DNA from: Giardia intestinalis
Taxonomy: Eukaryota
Assembly (NCBI GenBank): GCA_000002435.2
Contig: CM018793.1
Length of the DNA: 64,000 bases
Direction: 5' to 3' (one strand)
The notes under the pieces are model-generated. The model saw only the letters and a list, made by a program, of their open reading frames with translations, made no database searches and was not told where the DNA came from. The position numbers were made by a program, and so were the translations under genes. Position 1 is the first letter of the stretch. Each line of letters opens with the position of its first letter. This document shows, piece after piece, positions 1 to 12,000 of the stretch.

Positions 1-42
1 AAGGAAAAATCTACTTGCCTTTCCGAGAAGTCTGAGCCTTTA

Positions 43-1002
43 GTGTCCATGCTTTCACGTGAGTTAGAGGGATGTGCAATGAGGAATCACGACAGTACGT
101 CTGCTTGCGATAAACACATCAAGGAATCTGGCCTCTCTTATTCATCCATGCTCAACCAGCTAGCTCTAATTGACAAAGACGAAGCTCTGCAAAGGAGTGT
201 TCACTCGTTCATACATACAAATTCGGTGATAATGAATATCGTGCGGGCTAGCTTCTACAGCAATACGTCAGGCACTCTAGAGACAGATACGAGCCAACAC
301 AGACCTCTGTTGGCAGAGCTGTCTGCCGTAAAGCTCTGTGGGATGCATCCGGTGTTTTCGATGAACATCATAGTGAAGCCTCCTGGTGTAGTTGCAGTGC
401 AAGAGGCTCTTTTACAGAGTGAGGAGGTACTGGGTCTGACTCCATTCAGTGATCCACAACGCTTCACCCGATTAAACCCCCTGAACTATGATGATGCACT
501 AGACACACTAGAGTGGTTTTTGAATACACCCAGTAGTGACATGGGTAAGATCTTTTTGCAGAACAAACTGGCTGTGGAAGTGCCATTTAACCGGTCCCAC
601 AGCGTGGTTCGGCTTGAAACAGGTATCGATCTGATAATGCACAGTAATTCACCTTACTTCGAGATGGTTCCTTCGTGCGATGTGGAATGTAGGACTGAAG
701 ATGGTCGCCTACTTGTTTTGGCGAGCTTCAACAGTGAGCTAAAGGAAGTTGTCGCACATATGCAGGACAGATATGTTTTTATAAGTGACTTTCTCATTAT
801 GGGATTGAAGGGCAGATATGTTCGCGACTTGCTTAAGACAGGCAGGCGTTGGCCACGTAGCGGTCAATATGCATTATGCACCAAGCATGCTCGCTGCCAA
901 CACTTATACTCTTCAGTGTGTGAACCAATGTGTGCATACACTGAAATAGAGCAGTTACTGCAGTACACGAGGCGGAGGATTTCCAGCGGGCAGAAGGTCT
1001 AG
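43..1002 (+). CDS. Hypothetical protein (319 aa), no recognisable domain
   Basis: Full ORF from the provided track. Its 3' end overlaps the convergent kinase gene by 48 nt. I recognise no conserved motifs, so the coding status rests only on ORF length. Confidence 0.45.
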   Translation: MSMLSRELEGCAMRNHDSTSACDKHIKESGLSYSSMLNQLALIDKDEALQRSVHSFIHTNSVIMNIVRASFYSNTSGTLETDTSQHRPLLAELSAVKLCGMHPVFSMNIIVKPPGVVAVQEALLQSEEVLGLTPFSDPQRFTRLNPLNYDDALDTLEWFLNTPSSDMGKIFLQNKLAVEVPFNRSHSVVRLETGIDLIMHSNSPYFEMVPSCDVECRTEDGRLLVLASFNSELKEVVAHMQDRYVFISDFLIMGLKGRYVRDLLKTGRRWPRSGQYALCTKHARCQHLYSSVCEPMCAYTEIEQLLQYTRRRISSGQKV

Positions 1003-1830
1003 GACTGTTCTAGAGCTGCTATACACGCGCTGATCCTCGAGGATCTCATCAACTGTTATTCTTTCTGTAGGATCAAGGGACAGCATTCGCTGGCAAAGTT
1101 TTGATAGCTCAGGGGTTTGGAGCGCTATGTCTGAGATTTGAAATTCCTTTCTGCTCTCCTGAACGGCATCCACGAACAGAAGGCTACAAGTGCACATTTC
1201 ATACACCAGGCATCCTAACGCCCAAACGTCACTTGCCGTTGTTAGTACTCTGTCTTCTAGCTCTGGAGGAGCATACGCCCTACTCCCGTAAACCTGTAAT
1301 TGCTCCTTGTCAGCCAGAAGGGTCAGGGGGCACGCAAAGTCGAAGCCCGAAAGGAGGACCGTACCATCGTCTGCCACGAAGACTGACTTGCTCGTTATGT
1401 TCCGGTGCAAGAAACCGGTGTAGTCCCCAAAGGTAGCTGAGGTGTGCAGGTACTGGAGTGCTCGGGAGAGAGCGTTCATGACAGAATAAATGAATTGGAC
1501 TGAGGGAAGTGCATTGCTTTTCCGGAACCGCTCGAGCACGTCGGAGAGAGATCCGTGCTTGTATAGTGGAAAGACTAGCCAAAGGGTATTATCGTCGTAG
1601 TCTGCGCTGTACAGCACGGGCGAGTCAATGTTAGAATGTTCCAAGGAGTCCAGCAGAGGGCCCTCTTGGCGTAGCATATGAAAGTAAACGGAGTCATCGC
1701 TCAGCTCACTGCAGTCGACCTCTCTCACAGCATAGATGTTGCTTGTGGCAGGATCGATGGCTCTATATATCACCGAGTGGGCGCCGATCCAAATCGTCTC
1801 GGTGCAGAGGAGATCCTCGAGGCTCCTCAT
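955..1830 (-). CDS. NEK-like protein kinase, predicted pseudokinase (start trimmed to the internal Met at 1828-1830)
   Basis: Kinase-fold motifs are present but degenerate: glycine loop IGAHSVIY; the VAIK lysine is replaced (YAVREV); HRD is replaced by HRN; DFG is replaced by GFD; the APE-like motif YAPPELED is intact. The longer ORF (to 2076) would overlap the RPL4 gene, so the start is placed at MRSLEDLL, 25 nt downstream of the RPL4 stop. Confidence 0.6.
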   Translation of the reverse strand: MRSLEDLLCTETIWIGAHSVIYRAIDPATSNIYAVREVDCSELSDDSVYFHMLRQEGPLLDSLEHSNIDSPVLYSADYDDNTLWLVFPLYKHGSLSDVLERFRKSNALPSVQFIYSVMNALSRALQYLHTSATFGDYTGFLHRNITSKSVFVADDGTVLLSGFDFACPLTLLADKEQLQVYGSRAYAPPELEDRVLTTASDVWALGCLVYEMCTCSLLFVDAVQESRKEFQISDIALQTPELSKLCQRMLSLDPTERITVDEILEDQRVYSSSRTVLDLLPAGNPPPRVLQ

Positions 1831-1855
1831 TGTGCAAACGTTTTGCGCCAGCGAT

Positions 1856-2806
1856 TTACTTGGGCATGACCGTTCCGCTGGGATCGAGGCGGGCCAGGGC
1901 CTCCTTGGAGGAGAAGGGATCGACCTTACGCTCGATGACCAGAGGATCACGCTTGGGCACGAAGGTCTTCTGGACGGCGTCGGACTGGAGGATGCGCTCA
2001 ATATCCGTCTGGGTGATGCAGGATCTCGGGAGCGTGTAGTTCTGCTTGGCGGCGTAGACGTCATCAAGGGACGCAAACGCAGACTTCGTCCAGAGAATGA
2101 GGCGGCCTGGGTGCGAGCCTGGGGCCAGCTCTAGAAGACGGATGCTCGAGACGTGGCAGAGGTCAACGCCCGGGAGATTGCGGAACCCGCGCGCGACATC
2201 CTCTGTGTTGTAGATGACGAGAGGCCCTTTCCTGGTGATGTAGCGGCGGTTCCTCATCTTCCCGCGACCGGCGCGGATGTGTCGACTATCCTTGCAGCGC
2301 TCAACGTCACGGAGAACGCCGACGGCCTTGATGATCGCCAGCGCGTCCTTGGTCTTGGTGACGTTGTCTGTGTCGACGACGAGGGGAATGGACGGAACAT
2401 CGGCGATGCGGTGCCCGCGTGCCTCCACAAGGGCCGCGTTGGCTGACGCCGCAAGGGCTGACGCGACGGCATACCTCCTCTGGTTCAGGTTGACCTTGCG
2501 GCACCACCTCCTGATGACTGTGGTGGGGTGGGCCATGTGACCGCCGCGGGCGAAGTTCGCGTAGGCGCCGATCCCCCCGTGCTTGCGAGGAAGGCGCGCC
2601 ACGGCACGCCCCGGGCCCCAGGAATGCGCAGTGCACTGGACACCGGCGTAGCGGCTGACCGCATAGGGCGTCCTCAGACATTTGCGGAGCTGCGTGTGGA
2701 CAAAGTTGATGATATCGGGACGCAACGGCACATTGAACACCTTGGGCCTCGGAAGCTCCGCAACCTGGGTTCCTGTGGGGCCGAAGACCTTGACAGTCGG
2801 GTTCAT
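1856..2806 (-). CDS. RPL4: 60S ribosomal protein L4 (uL4)
   Basis: The 316-aa product has the uL4/L4e family signature throughout (KVFGPTG...; RPDIINFVHTQLRK; GHRIADVPSIPLVV; AGRGKMRNRRY). The A-rich stretch aaaaaattgttgaagg lies directly upstream of the ATG on the minus strand. Confidence 0.9.
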   Translation of the reverse strand: MNPTVKVFGPTGTQVAELPRPKVFNVPLRPDIINFVHTQLRKCLRTPYAVSRYAGVQCTAHSWGPGRAVARLPRKHGGIGAYANFARGGHMAHPTTVIRRWCRKVNLNQRRYAVASALAASANAALVEARGHRIADVPSIPLVVDTDNVTKTKDALAIIKAVGVLRDVERCKDSRHIRAGRGKMRNRRYITRKGPLVIYNTEDVARGFRNLPGVDLCHVSSIRLLELAPGSHPGRLILWTKSAFASLDDVYAAKQNYTLPRSCITQTDIERILQSDAVQKTFVPKRDPLVIERKVDPFSSKEALARLDPSGTVMPK

Positions 2807-2881
2807 CCTTCAACAATTTTTTGGCCCACCGAAGCTGACAATATTAATTTGGCTTCTGGTGTCCCAAAAAAAGGGCCCTCG

Positions 2882-3037
2882 ATGCGCGAGACAGAGTTCT
2901 GCACACACATTGCTCACAAGCGTGAGTGCCGTATATGCGGCAATTACAACTCTGTCTACAGAAAGTATGGTCTGTTCATCTGCCGCCGCTGTTTCAAGGA
3001 GAATGCTGGCAAGATTGGCTTCGTGAAGCTCCACTGA
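2882..3037 (+). CDS. RPS29: 40S ribosomal protein S29 (uS14, zinc-binding)
   Basis: The 51-aa product MRETEFCTHIAHKRECRICGNYNSVYRKYGLFICRRCFKENAGKIGFVKLH matches the eS29 C4 zinc-ribbon pattern (CxxC...CRxCF...IGFxKL). The start is the ATG at 2882 inside the longer tracked ORF. AGTAAAT lies 22 nt after the stop. Confidence 0.75.
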   Translation: MRETEFCTHIAHKRECRICGNYNSVYRKYGLFICRRCFKENAGKIGFVKLH

Positions 3038-3058
3038 GCTGAGCGGGCTAAAGTCAGA

Positions 3059-3070
3059 AGTAAATTTACT
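3059..3070. promoter_or_regulatory. Palindromic poly(A) signal AGTAAATTTACT shared by convergent RPS29 (+) and dynein (-) genes
   Basis: The Giardia poly(A) signal consensus is AGTRAAY. The 12-mer reads AGTAAAT on both strands, 22 nt after the RPS29 stop and 10 nt after the dynein stop, within a 42-nt intergenic space. Confidence 0.5.
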
Positions 3071-3079
3071 GGCCTGCAG

Positions 3080-6000
3080 CTAGTCACTCCTTTGGATGAA
3101 GGCGGCTGCCCCGCGCAGGATCCAGTGCCTCGGGTCTTTGCTCGTCGGAAGATGCATGTTTAGGACGTAGTTGGTGCTGGTGCCTGTGGTAGAAAGAACC
3201 CCATAGCGAAGAGTGGTAGTGTACAGGGGCATAGCATACATCTTCTCTTTGTCAAGTTCTGTGCACGGGGCAAACCAGACAGGCCCCAGGCTAGTGATCA
3301 TCTGTCCATAAACAGGCTCTGTCAACTCCTTGGCCTCCGCGTCCCACTGAGCAGACTCAACATAGAGCCCAGTGATAATCAGCCCGGGGTCGTTCCGGTC
3401 TGGGGCAACCATGGTGTCGACTTCCGTGGTTGTAAGAACGGTGGTGGAGATGGCCAGGGCATCGATTGGTATTCCCTCAATGCGAGAATAATGCTGAAGC
3501 TCAGCAGTGAGAAGTCCGTGGGGGAAGAAGAAGGCACCTATCCAGAAAGTCTTGGGCACGTAGCCCTTGATTTGCCAGCGGAAGTCATCGACTCGGTAGT
3601 CGACTCCTTTCTCTCTGTCCAGCTCAATCCAATCGGCCATAAACTGCACCCGATCGATCAGATCCACAATCCACGAGCTTAGTGGCTTGAGCGTGGGATA
3701 ACAAACATCTGTTATCATCCGTGGAATCTTGTTCAACAAAATACACTGATAGACGTCCTCCAACTGGGGAGACATGATCGCCAGTCCTTTAATTGCCTTC
3801 CCCACGTCCTGAAATGCAACTCGGACAAGAGCCAGAAGCTTGTTATACCGTTCAGATTCTTGCTTGAGAACTGCGTAAAGAGGAGAGGGCATCTTGACCG
3901 CCTTTCCGTTGGACACCACTGATATCCGCGGAGGAATGTGAATGTTGCTTGGCAGTAAGTCTGCGGGGATGCGATCGAAGAGGCTGCTAGCGAATTTAAG
4001 GACCTGTTTGTCTGCTGGAGACATAGACTCGTCGTCTCCACCGTCCTGGATCTCCGGTTCTTGGCCTTTGCTGCTAGCGTCGGACTCAATTGCGGGTGCT
4101 TTGCTCTGTGCCTTTGCGCTCTCGATGCGCTTCTTGCGCTCCTCATTTTCTATGGCAACGTCAGCCTCCTTAGGAGACATGGAAAGCACTGAATCTACTA
4201 TAAGGTTGGCCTCGGAATGCTGATAGGTAAGCTCTGCATTAGCGTGGAGCCCAAATAAGCTTGGAGACGCCTCCACAGGAAATTCGTGGGTGAGCCACTC
4301 TATAGTCGACGCCAGGCTCATCTCTGGGTTGGGAGCTTTGTACACCTTTCCACTTGGGGACACCTTGCTCTCCTGACCCTCCTCTAAAAAGAGTTCTGGT
4401 TGGTCGGTGAAGAGCTCTGGATTGATGATGCATGAAAGGATTGCATTAATGCAGCGTTGGTCTAGGGAATCCGTAACGCGTCCTCCGAAGGCAATAACCC
4501 CTACCATGTACTGAAGGGTCTGGTAAGGCACTGCGTTGGAGAGGGACTTGAGGAAGTTCTGGCCAGATGACTGCCCAAGTATGTTTGATGTTCCAACGGT
4601 TGACTCAGTTAGCTGCAGTGCAACGGCACTATCCACAAGATATTGACGGATGAACTTGCGGCTTATTTCCAGATCCGGTATGCTGAATTCATACGGGTTA
4701 TTATACGCAACAGACCCAAACCTTTTACGCTCCAAAAGAGACGAGTAGAAGAACGCAACACCGAAAATAAGCCTGTGCCAGTGACGGAGTACAGCAGGGG
4801 CCTCTGGAACAGAGTCGTGGAGCTCTTCAGTGAGACCCATATAAGAGAGAATCAGATTGGCCTTGAGTCCACGAGGAGGCTCGTGTGAGATCTTGACAGA
4901 TGAAGAAAGGACTGACTGAGGGAACTTCGATGTGGGAAGGGATGTGAGGAAGAGGCGGAAGTCCCTGTTGATTGCTGCACCAGTGATATCACATCCATCT
5001 TGATCCATGGTTGCCAAGTTCTCTACGAAGCGCGCGAGGTTTGGCATCCAGCTGAGACAGAGGTGGCAATTCTGAAGACAGACCCAGTCGCCTTCGATAA
5101 TGGCGCGGGCGAGCATTCTTTCTGCGATGACTCCCTGACCCTGACCAAGTGAGAGTGTCCGCAAACCCTTGTCTGCTCCCTTTTCCTTTGAAAAAGCCAC
5201 CAGCTGTGCGTGCGGGTCTGTCCCTGCACTCAGCACGAAAATAGTTGGAGTAGAAAAGCTGGTATCCAGGTACGCCTGCTCCATACGGAACTGTGGAGGC
5301 TGGACATAGTACTCTCCTATCGTGTCTGCAATATATTGAGGAATGTAGAACATCAAACGACCTGGATTGATCGCCTTTAAGAGCATAAGGCGCTGGAACG
5401 GAGCAAGCGACCTGATAAAAGCACTAACTGACAGGGAGAACGGGCGCTTTCCGTTATAATTTCCACGAGCCATATCGACAACCAGCTCCAGGTCATCACT
5501 TTCTAACCATGCTTTCCAGCCCTCAGGATCATCACGCGACGAGGAAAGGAATTCGTCATATGCCAGACAGGCATGTAAGACCTTATATATGGCATTGATG
5601 TTTGCATACTTAGAGCCATCCTGGCCAAACTGAAGAGTGGCAAGCATATGAGAATAAAAGTCATCGGGCACTTCCGACTGTTTTTCGTTGATTTCCACGT
5701 TCTTGAAGATGGCCCATTCCCTGCCAGTTAAAGCCCCTGAGGCACGCTGAATGGAGACGGCAACCATAAAGCTGAAGATCCGCTTATGTTTTTCGAAGAT
5801 GCCTCTGCATATAGCTCCGTAGGCTGCCTCCGTGATGGCGGATATCATGCTTCCTATTTTTCTCTGTAGAATTGCACTCTCATCACTTTCGAAACTGGCA
5901 TCGGCCGCTAGTAGCCTATCAGGAACTCCAATATTGGACTCTGCCATTTGGTTACGTTGGCTCTGCTCATCGTCGTCCAACAGCAGCCCAGCCGAGGCCG

Positions 6001-9000
6001 AGGGCTCATTTGTACCGATGTAGGACCGGTTGTCGCTGCGCCTCGAACTTTCAGCAGCGTGTGATACCCCGCTAGTTTCGTCTGCAAGGCTCTGGAGTTT
6101 GCTGAGGGTCCTTGTGAAGAGCATCTTAAAGAAGTCAAGAGAATAAATGTACATGGAGTCAAGCGTCGAGAGGCTAGCAATGACCTCGTACAAAATTCGT
6201 CCTCGCTGTGCAACCGGGCGGAAGCGCTCACGAAGTGCATCAACCCGCTTTGCAGTCTGCTCTGCGTTGACGACTTGCTCATCGATACGCTTCTGTGTTT
6301 GCTTGGAGTCCTGGAGAGCATTGATGAGGTTTTCGTCGTCCAAAAGGTTTCCTGTAGCATTGGCTAACATATCAAGTAACTTGTCTTGCAACTGCGTTAG
6401 CGTTTCACGGCCCTCGGCAAGCTGCGAGGCAATCGTGTCCTTTTCACGCTCAAGCTGTGCATCTTCGACAGTAACAACGAGAGAAAGAAGCTGTTCCTCC
6501 AGCCCCTTCGATGACACAGCCATGTTCACAACAGACGCAGACGACTGGATGTCTGGGTTGTAGTTGGGCTGCCGTTTGCGCGTAGCGAGATAAAGGTTGA
6601 AATCTGGGTTGTACTCTACTTCGTTCTCACCTATCTTTATTGTACACTGGCCACCCTTCTTTATAAGCTCTTTCCGGAGGACAGACATCACTGAGCCGTC
6701 AATGTCGTCTTGGAGATTTTCTATCAGAACAGGAGAGCCCAGACGTATGCTATTTTCGAGCGTCCGCATCATGTTATCGACAGCGGTCCCAGAAGTCAGT
6801 TGAAGGCCGTTCTTCTCCTCCAAGCGCTTTAAGAAGCGAACACCCTGACACTCTGGATCGATAAGAAGAGAAAACCGGGTCCCCTGCGTCGCAATGATTG
6901 CAGATTCTACGCTTCCGTTATCAGATGGGAGCGTGCACTGCTCTTTCCAGTTGCGGATTTCGCGGGGGTCGGCAACAGCGGGGTACTCTGTCAAAGCAAA
7001 GTTGGGAGAGAAGTCTATTCCATTGAATGCAGTTGCCTTCCACTGGGCAAGCACGTTTCCGCGTTCATCTGCAGAAAAGGGTCCCAGGTAGGCAATGTAG
7101 CCAGCACCAAGTAGGGCATCTCCAATAGCGGTCTTCAGTCGTTGGTTAATGTCTGCAATACCTGCAATCCATGCATCGTATTCATTTGCAAGGCCAGCAA
7201 TCAGCTTCTCTGCGCGGTCAAGCCGTACCTGCGTTTCCTCGATTTCTGACTCTAATCTGGTTCGATTGGCAATACTCTCATCATAAGAGGCCTGCAGAGC
7301 ATCCAGCTTTGCTACAATGGCCGCAAGGTCCTTCTGCTTAACAGCCAGTGCCTCCTGCTGGGTCTTGAGGGTCTGCTCGGCTTGAGCCAACCGTTCACGC
7401 TTAGGCTCTATTTCAGCGAAGACTTTCGCATATATATCGATGGCACGACACCACATACACAGCGACTTGGCTGCCTTGGAGACCTTCTCAACCTTTGCTG
7501 GATCAAAGTCAGGATTCTGTGTGTACTTTCGAAGGGAGCGCAGAGTTTTGGGCTTAATGTTGTCTTTATCAAAGGTCATAAGGCTCTGCAGGAAGTCTGT
7601 CTTAGAGAGAACCTTCTGCGCCGTGTCCCAGTCTTGCTTCGGTGTCTCCATTAGAATGCAAACGGCCTCCATAACATATCGCACAAGTTCTGGAGGCGAC
7701 TTGAATGACTTGAGTTCGGAGATATCATTCTTGTTAAGACTCTTAAGGCTATTGATGGCCGCGTTGAAGGCCGGCATAGCCGTGTCCAGGTCTCGCTGGG
7801 CGTCATCTTTGATCTCCTCGGCTTCTGCTGCAACCTTTGCAACCTCTTGTTCCTCTGCTTGAACGACTGTTCTAATCTTGTTGACCTCCTCTGTTTCCGA
7901 CGACAAGTTTACGAGCAACGCTTCTGTTTTCGCAACGGAGTCAGCGAGCACGGGCTGTAGATTTGTGAGGGTCTTCTGCATTTCGCTAACCTGCTCACGC
8001 GTCGAAACAAGTTTTGTGAGACCAGACTGAAGGATAGACTCCCTCACCTTGAGCTTGCCGACTGATTTAGCAAAAATTCGCTTAAAGAGGCGAATGAAGG
8101 ATAGGAAGAGCGGTGGAGTAATATAAATGCGGCTCTTTGTCTGAGCAAAATACTGTTCAGAGGACGCCTCTGTTGATCCATGCATAACGACACACGCCTC
8201 TGCAATGCTCTGTTTTAGAGCAAGGAGCTTGTCGGTACGTGGCTTGCCTTCACGGGAGTGCGGGGCAGAAGTGGGGGTTTCAGATGCCGCACTTTGGTCG
8301 GCTCCCAAGAACGCCGGGTGGATGCTGTTAAGCTCGTACATAGCCACACCAGCTAGCGCTTCAGCGTTCCAGTTTGCAAACCAGTCAATAGTCATACAGC
8401 TCGAGAGAGCCGGGAACATCCGCAAGCGGCGGCGAAGGCTCTCTCCAATTGGTGAAAGACAGAGGCAGACGTGGAAGTTGCTTCTTGCGTTTCGGTAGAA
8501 GAGTTGCCAAAGCTCATGAGGCAAGAAGGATCGCTTACTGCTAGACTCGTTATCATCGTCAGCGACCGACGCCAACTCGATCGTTTTCTGCATTATCTTC
8601 TCCTTCTCATCGGGTTTCCAGAGGGACATTGGAAGCGCAACGCCGTTCAAGATGCCATTGAGGATCTCAAGGAAATGATCGTGGGGATCTAGCTGCGACT
8701 CCGAAAGCAGCAGAATAGTTGGAACGTTCTCGCAGCCACTTGTAAGCATACAGCGCTTTAAATCCTCGTTAAATTCGTTGAGCCCATAGAGCTTAGATGC
8801 TGCTGGGTAAACGACCTTTGCGCCCGCTGCAAAAGCTGCAAGGCGGACCAAGCTACGCCGCCCACTTCCGGACAAGCCAATCATGAGCATGTGTCCGCGA
8901 GGCTGTGTGATGACGCGGAAGAGGCGAGAGAAATGTAGGATAGCATCGTGGAACATGACTAGACGCGCAGATCCAGCAGAGTCGTCATTTTGGATGGCGT

Positions 9001-12000
9001 TATCGAGAAGCTCTTGGAAGTCTACCTGACTCTTTGCTCCAGCAGAAGGCGGAGGGTCTTCCTGGACCTCTGAAATGGAGTCAACGTAATAGTTAAGGCA
9101 ATTCTCGACGTCTCGTGTCTGGTTGAAGAGATTTCTGTAGGGACAGTACACTCCGTCGCCATAGGTTCCTCCAGGATTGGCCCAGCGCCCATAGATTAGC
9201 TCAGTGCATTGTATTGGGCAACCTGTCCACAAATTTATGCGCTCGAGCATGCTGCCAAGCTCCTCGTCAGTGTAGACCTTCTGCTCCAGGGCGGCAAGAC
9301 GCTGCACTTCATCGTCAGATCGCTGCACAGGCTCTTCAAAGTCAAGCTCAATGTAGTACTCGTCCTCCTCAGCTCCCTCGTCCAGCTCCTTCTTGCCATC
9401 CTCGGATGCATTAGACGTCTTTTGCTCAAATTGTACAATCCTGTCTTCAAAGAAGTACCAGATATTCTTCAGTAAGACTTTGTCAAATGTGCCGCAGTCC
9501 TTGTCGTCAACTAGACGGTCTCTGAAAACGCGATAAGACTCGTGCACAAGCAGTGTGACCAGGCTAGGCAGAGACGTAACCTCATGTGGGGTGGTAGAGA
9601 AAACTCCTCCAACCACTCGAGCAATATCTCGGACGTTAAACGAATAGTGCGATTTGAGCGGTGTTGCCCTGATCTCCTGCTTGGTTGCACTATACAGGCG
9701 GACGACAAACTCAACGCACGTACGCAGACTCTTGCGAACTTCGGGAGAAAAGGTCTTAGATGACTCCCCGGTCGACGCCATGAATCCTTGAAGAAGATTG
9801 CCGAATATGCTGATCATGGCTGAATCTGTTAGCTCAGGGCAGCTAAGCACCACAAACTTCCCACTAAACCGACGCGTCACCTCATTGCGCCCGCCTCCCG
9901 GAGGCTGGGACGCACAAAGGAACTGAAGCCCCTCCAAGGTGCGGAATACAAGCTTCTGGCGGTCATAGCACCCTGATTCCGAAATGATCTGCCTAAGAAT
10001 CTCAATAGGAGGCTGAGATCCGTATGTGTCCGGAGTGGGCATAGTTGAGTCATCAATGAAGACATAGAATGACTTTCTTTGATTTGCTGGACAAAACAGC
10101 GTTTTTCTCTTCTTTTCCATCTTCTCAATGATTGCGTTTTCTACGGCTGCAGCGCGTGTCTGGGCCGACATCGGAAACTCGAGCGTGTTAGCGTTCAGGT
10201 AAGCAGCCTCCTGAGTGAAGTCGCGCTGCTCTTCATTTGGTACCACAGCGGTAGGCTCTTCCTCCTCTTTAGTATCGGCGCTCTTCTTACTTTCTGCAGG
10301 CTTCTTATTCAGCTCTATATTGCCGATACAACGGTTGAAAATGGTCTTAACGATAGATGTTTTGGAGGTCCCGGTAGGCCCACAGAGAAAAATGTTGTTA
10401 CCATTGCGAAGGAGCGACTGAGTCACCGCACACATTTTTATAAAGTCTGGCGTCGGAACAATCATATCATAGACAGACCCTCCTTGCTGGAGCACAAGGG
10501 GATCAAATTTCTTGCTGCCAAACAAAGTGGCCATGGTGCCGGTATCCCACGGAGAGTAGCCTCGGGTTTGATTATCAAGCTTCCAGTCATAGATACTAGC
10601 GGGCTGGCCTCCCGGAAGGTGGTCAGGAGGAAGTGCTACGGCAAGAGAGGAGATCTCCGCAGGCATGTCGCCACTGCTGGCAAACTCCTTCGGGCTTGTT
10701 AAGAGTGTACGAAGGAACTTATCTAGATTGATCTTATGTTCAGCAACAATACTCCCTGCTAAGCCCCATGCAATTGCAAAGATAATGCGCTGCTCCAATA
10801 TGATAGAAACGACCGGCGCTATTCCAGACATCGCTCGACTTGTCAAGACTTCAGGAGGGGGCAGTCTCTCTAAAAAGGTCGAGATGGCTGTCTTCTCAGC
10901 AAGGACGGTGTCCGCTGCTTGGCCGGTGGCTAGTTCTGGAGCTCCTGAGCTAGCCGTATTACGCGACGCACTCTGCACACGTTCCCTGTTGATCGCGCTT
11001 GCAGCCTCGTATTGCTCCTGGATCTTTTTCTGCATGGCTATCTCTGCAACCTTATCTTTTGTGAATGCAACGCGCTCAGAAACAGCTGCTTCGAGGATCT
11101 GATAAAGAGAAAAGACCAGTTGGAAGTCGACTGTCCGCATCTCCTCTCTGCAATCGTTGCGCAAAAAGCTGATCACCTTTGGGTAAACCATACAGAGTTG
11201 TCTGTGAAGCCGAGCTAAAAGCTGCACAGTGAGCTTATGAAGCAGTTGCTCAAATGTCTGGAATTGCCGTAATGGGCGAGGATATGTAGGAACTGACAAT
11301 TCAACTGTCTGCGCGTCACCGCTCTGTGCAGGGGATTGGTTATCGATCAGGGGCTCGGTGCCATGTGCATCTGCCACAGGTAAGTCAGGCTTGTACTCGT
11401 CGATATTCTCATCTTCCTCGTCAGGTAGAAGAGTCGTCGAGTCCATGAGAACCCTGGCCGCGTCTCGCAGTTCAAATAGGTCGAGACTGAACTCCTCGAG
11501 ACAAACAAGAGCAAGCACCTTTTGAGCAAAGTTGGAGCAATTATCAACAATAAGAGACTTTAACAGATTATTGTACCCGATGAAGTCGTCAGAAAAGTAG
11601 ATCATTCCACAGCGGCTGACTGTGGCAGGCGACGCTTGGCTAAGGTCTGCTACCTCGAAGAATAGATTAACCTTGTTGTGGAGGCGGATACGTTCTCCGT
11701 TGGCTAGGCAGATCATTTTATTGTCATCTAGTGTTGTGTTCAGATTCTCTATCCAAAGGGCGTCCACAGGTGAGTCAAAGCAAATCCAATGCTTTAGGTG
11801 AGCATTGTTGGGATCGATCATCTTCCGCGCAATGACAGCTATCAGGCCATCAGTCCAATCATGAGAAATACTATTGAATTCCCCATAGAGCTCTGGCATG
11901 GTGACGGCCTTGCTGTTTAAAACATACTGGGCGACGGGATGATAGCCATCAGGGTCCATATTCTGCGCAGCTCGCTGTTCGGCTATGGCAGTGATAGCAT

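Noticed and set aside
2307-2816. A 169-aa Arg/Pro-rich ORF overlapping RPL4 on the same strand in another frame. The full-length 2528..3037 ORF also extends RPS29 upstream to 169 aa.
   Set aside because: The frame-shifted reading of a highly expressed ribosomal gene has no features of its own. The RPS29 homology begins only at the ATG at 2882, and the upstream extension would overlap RPL4.
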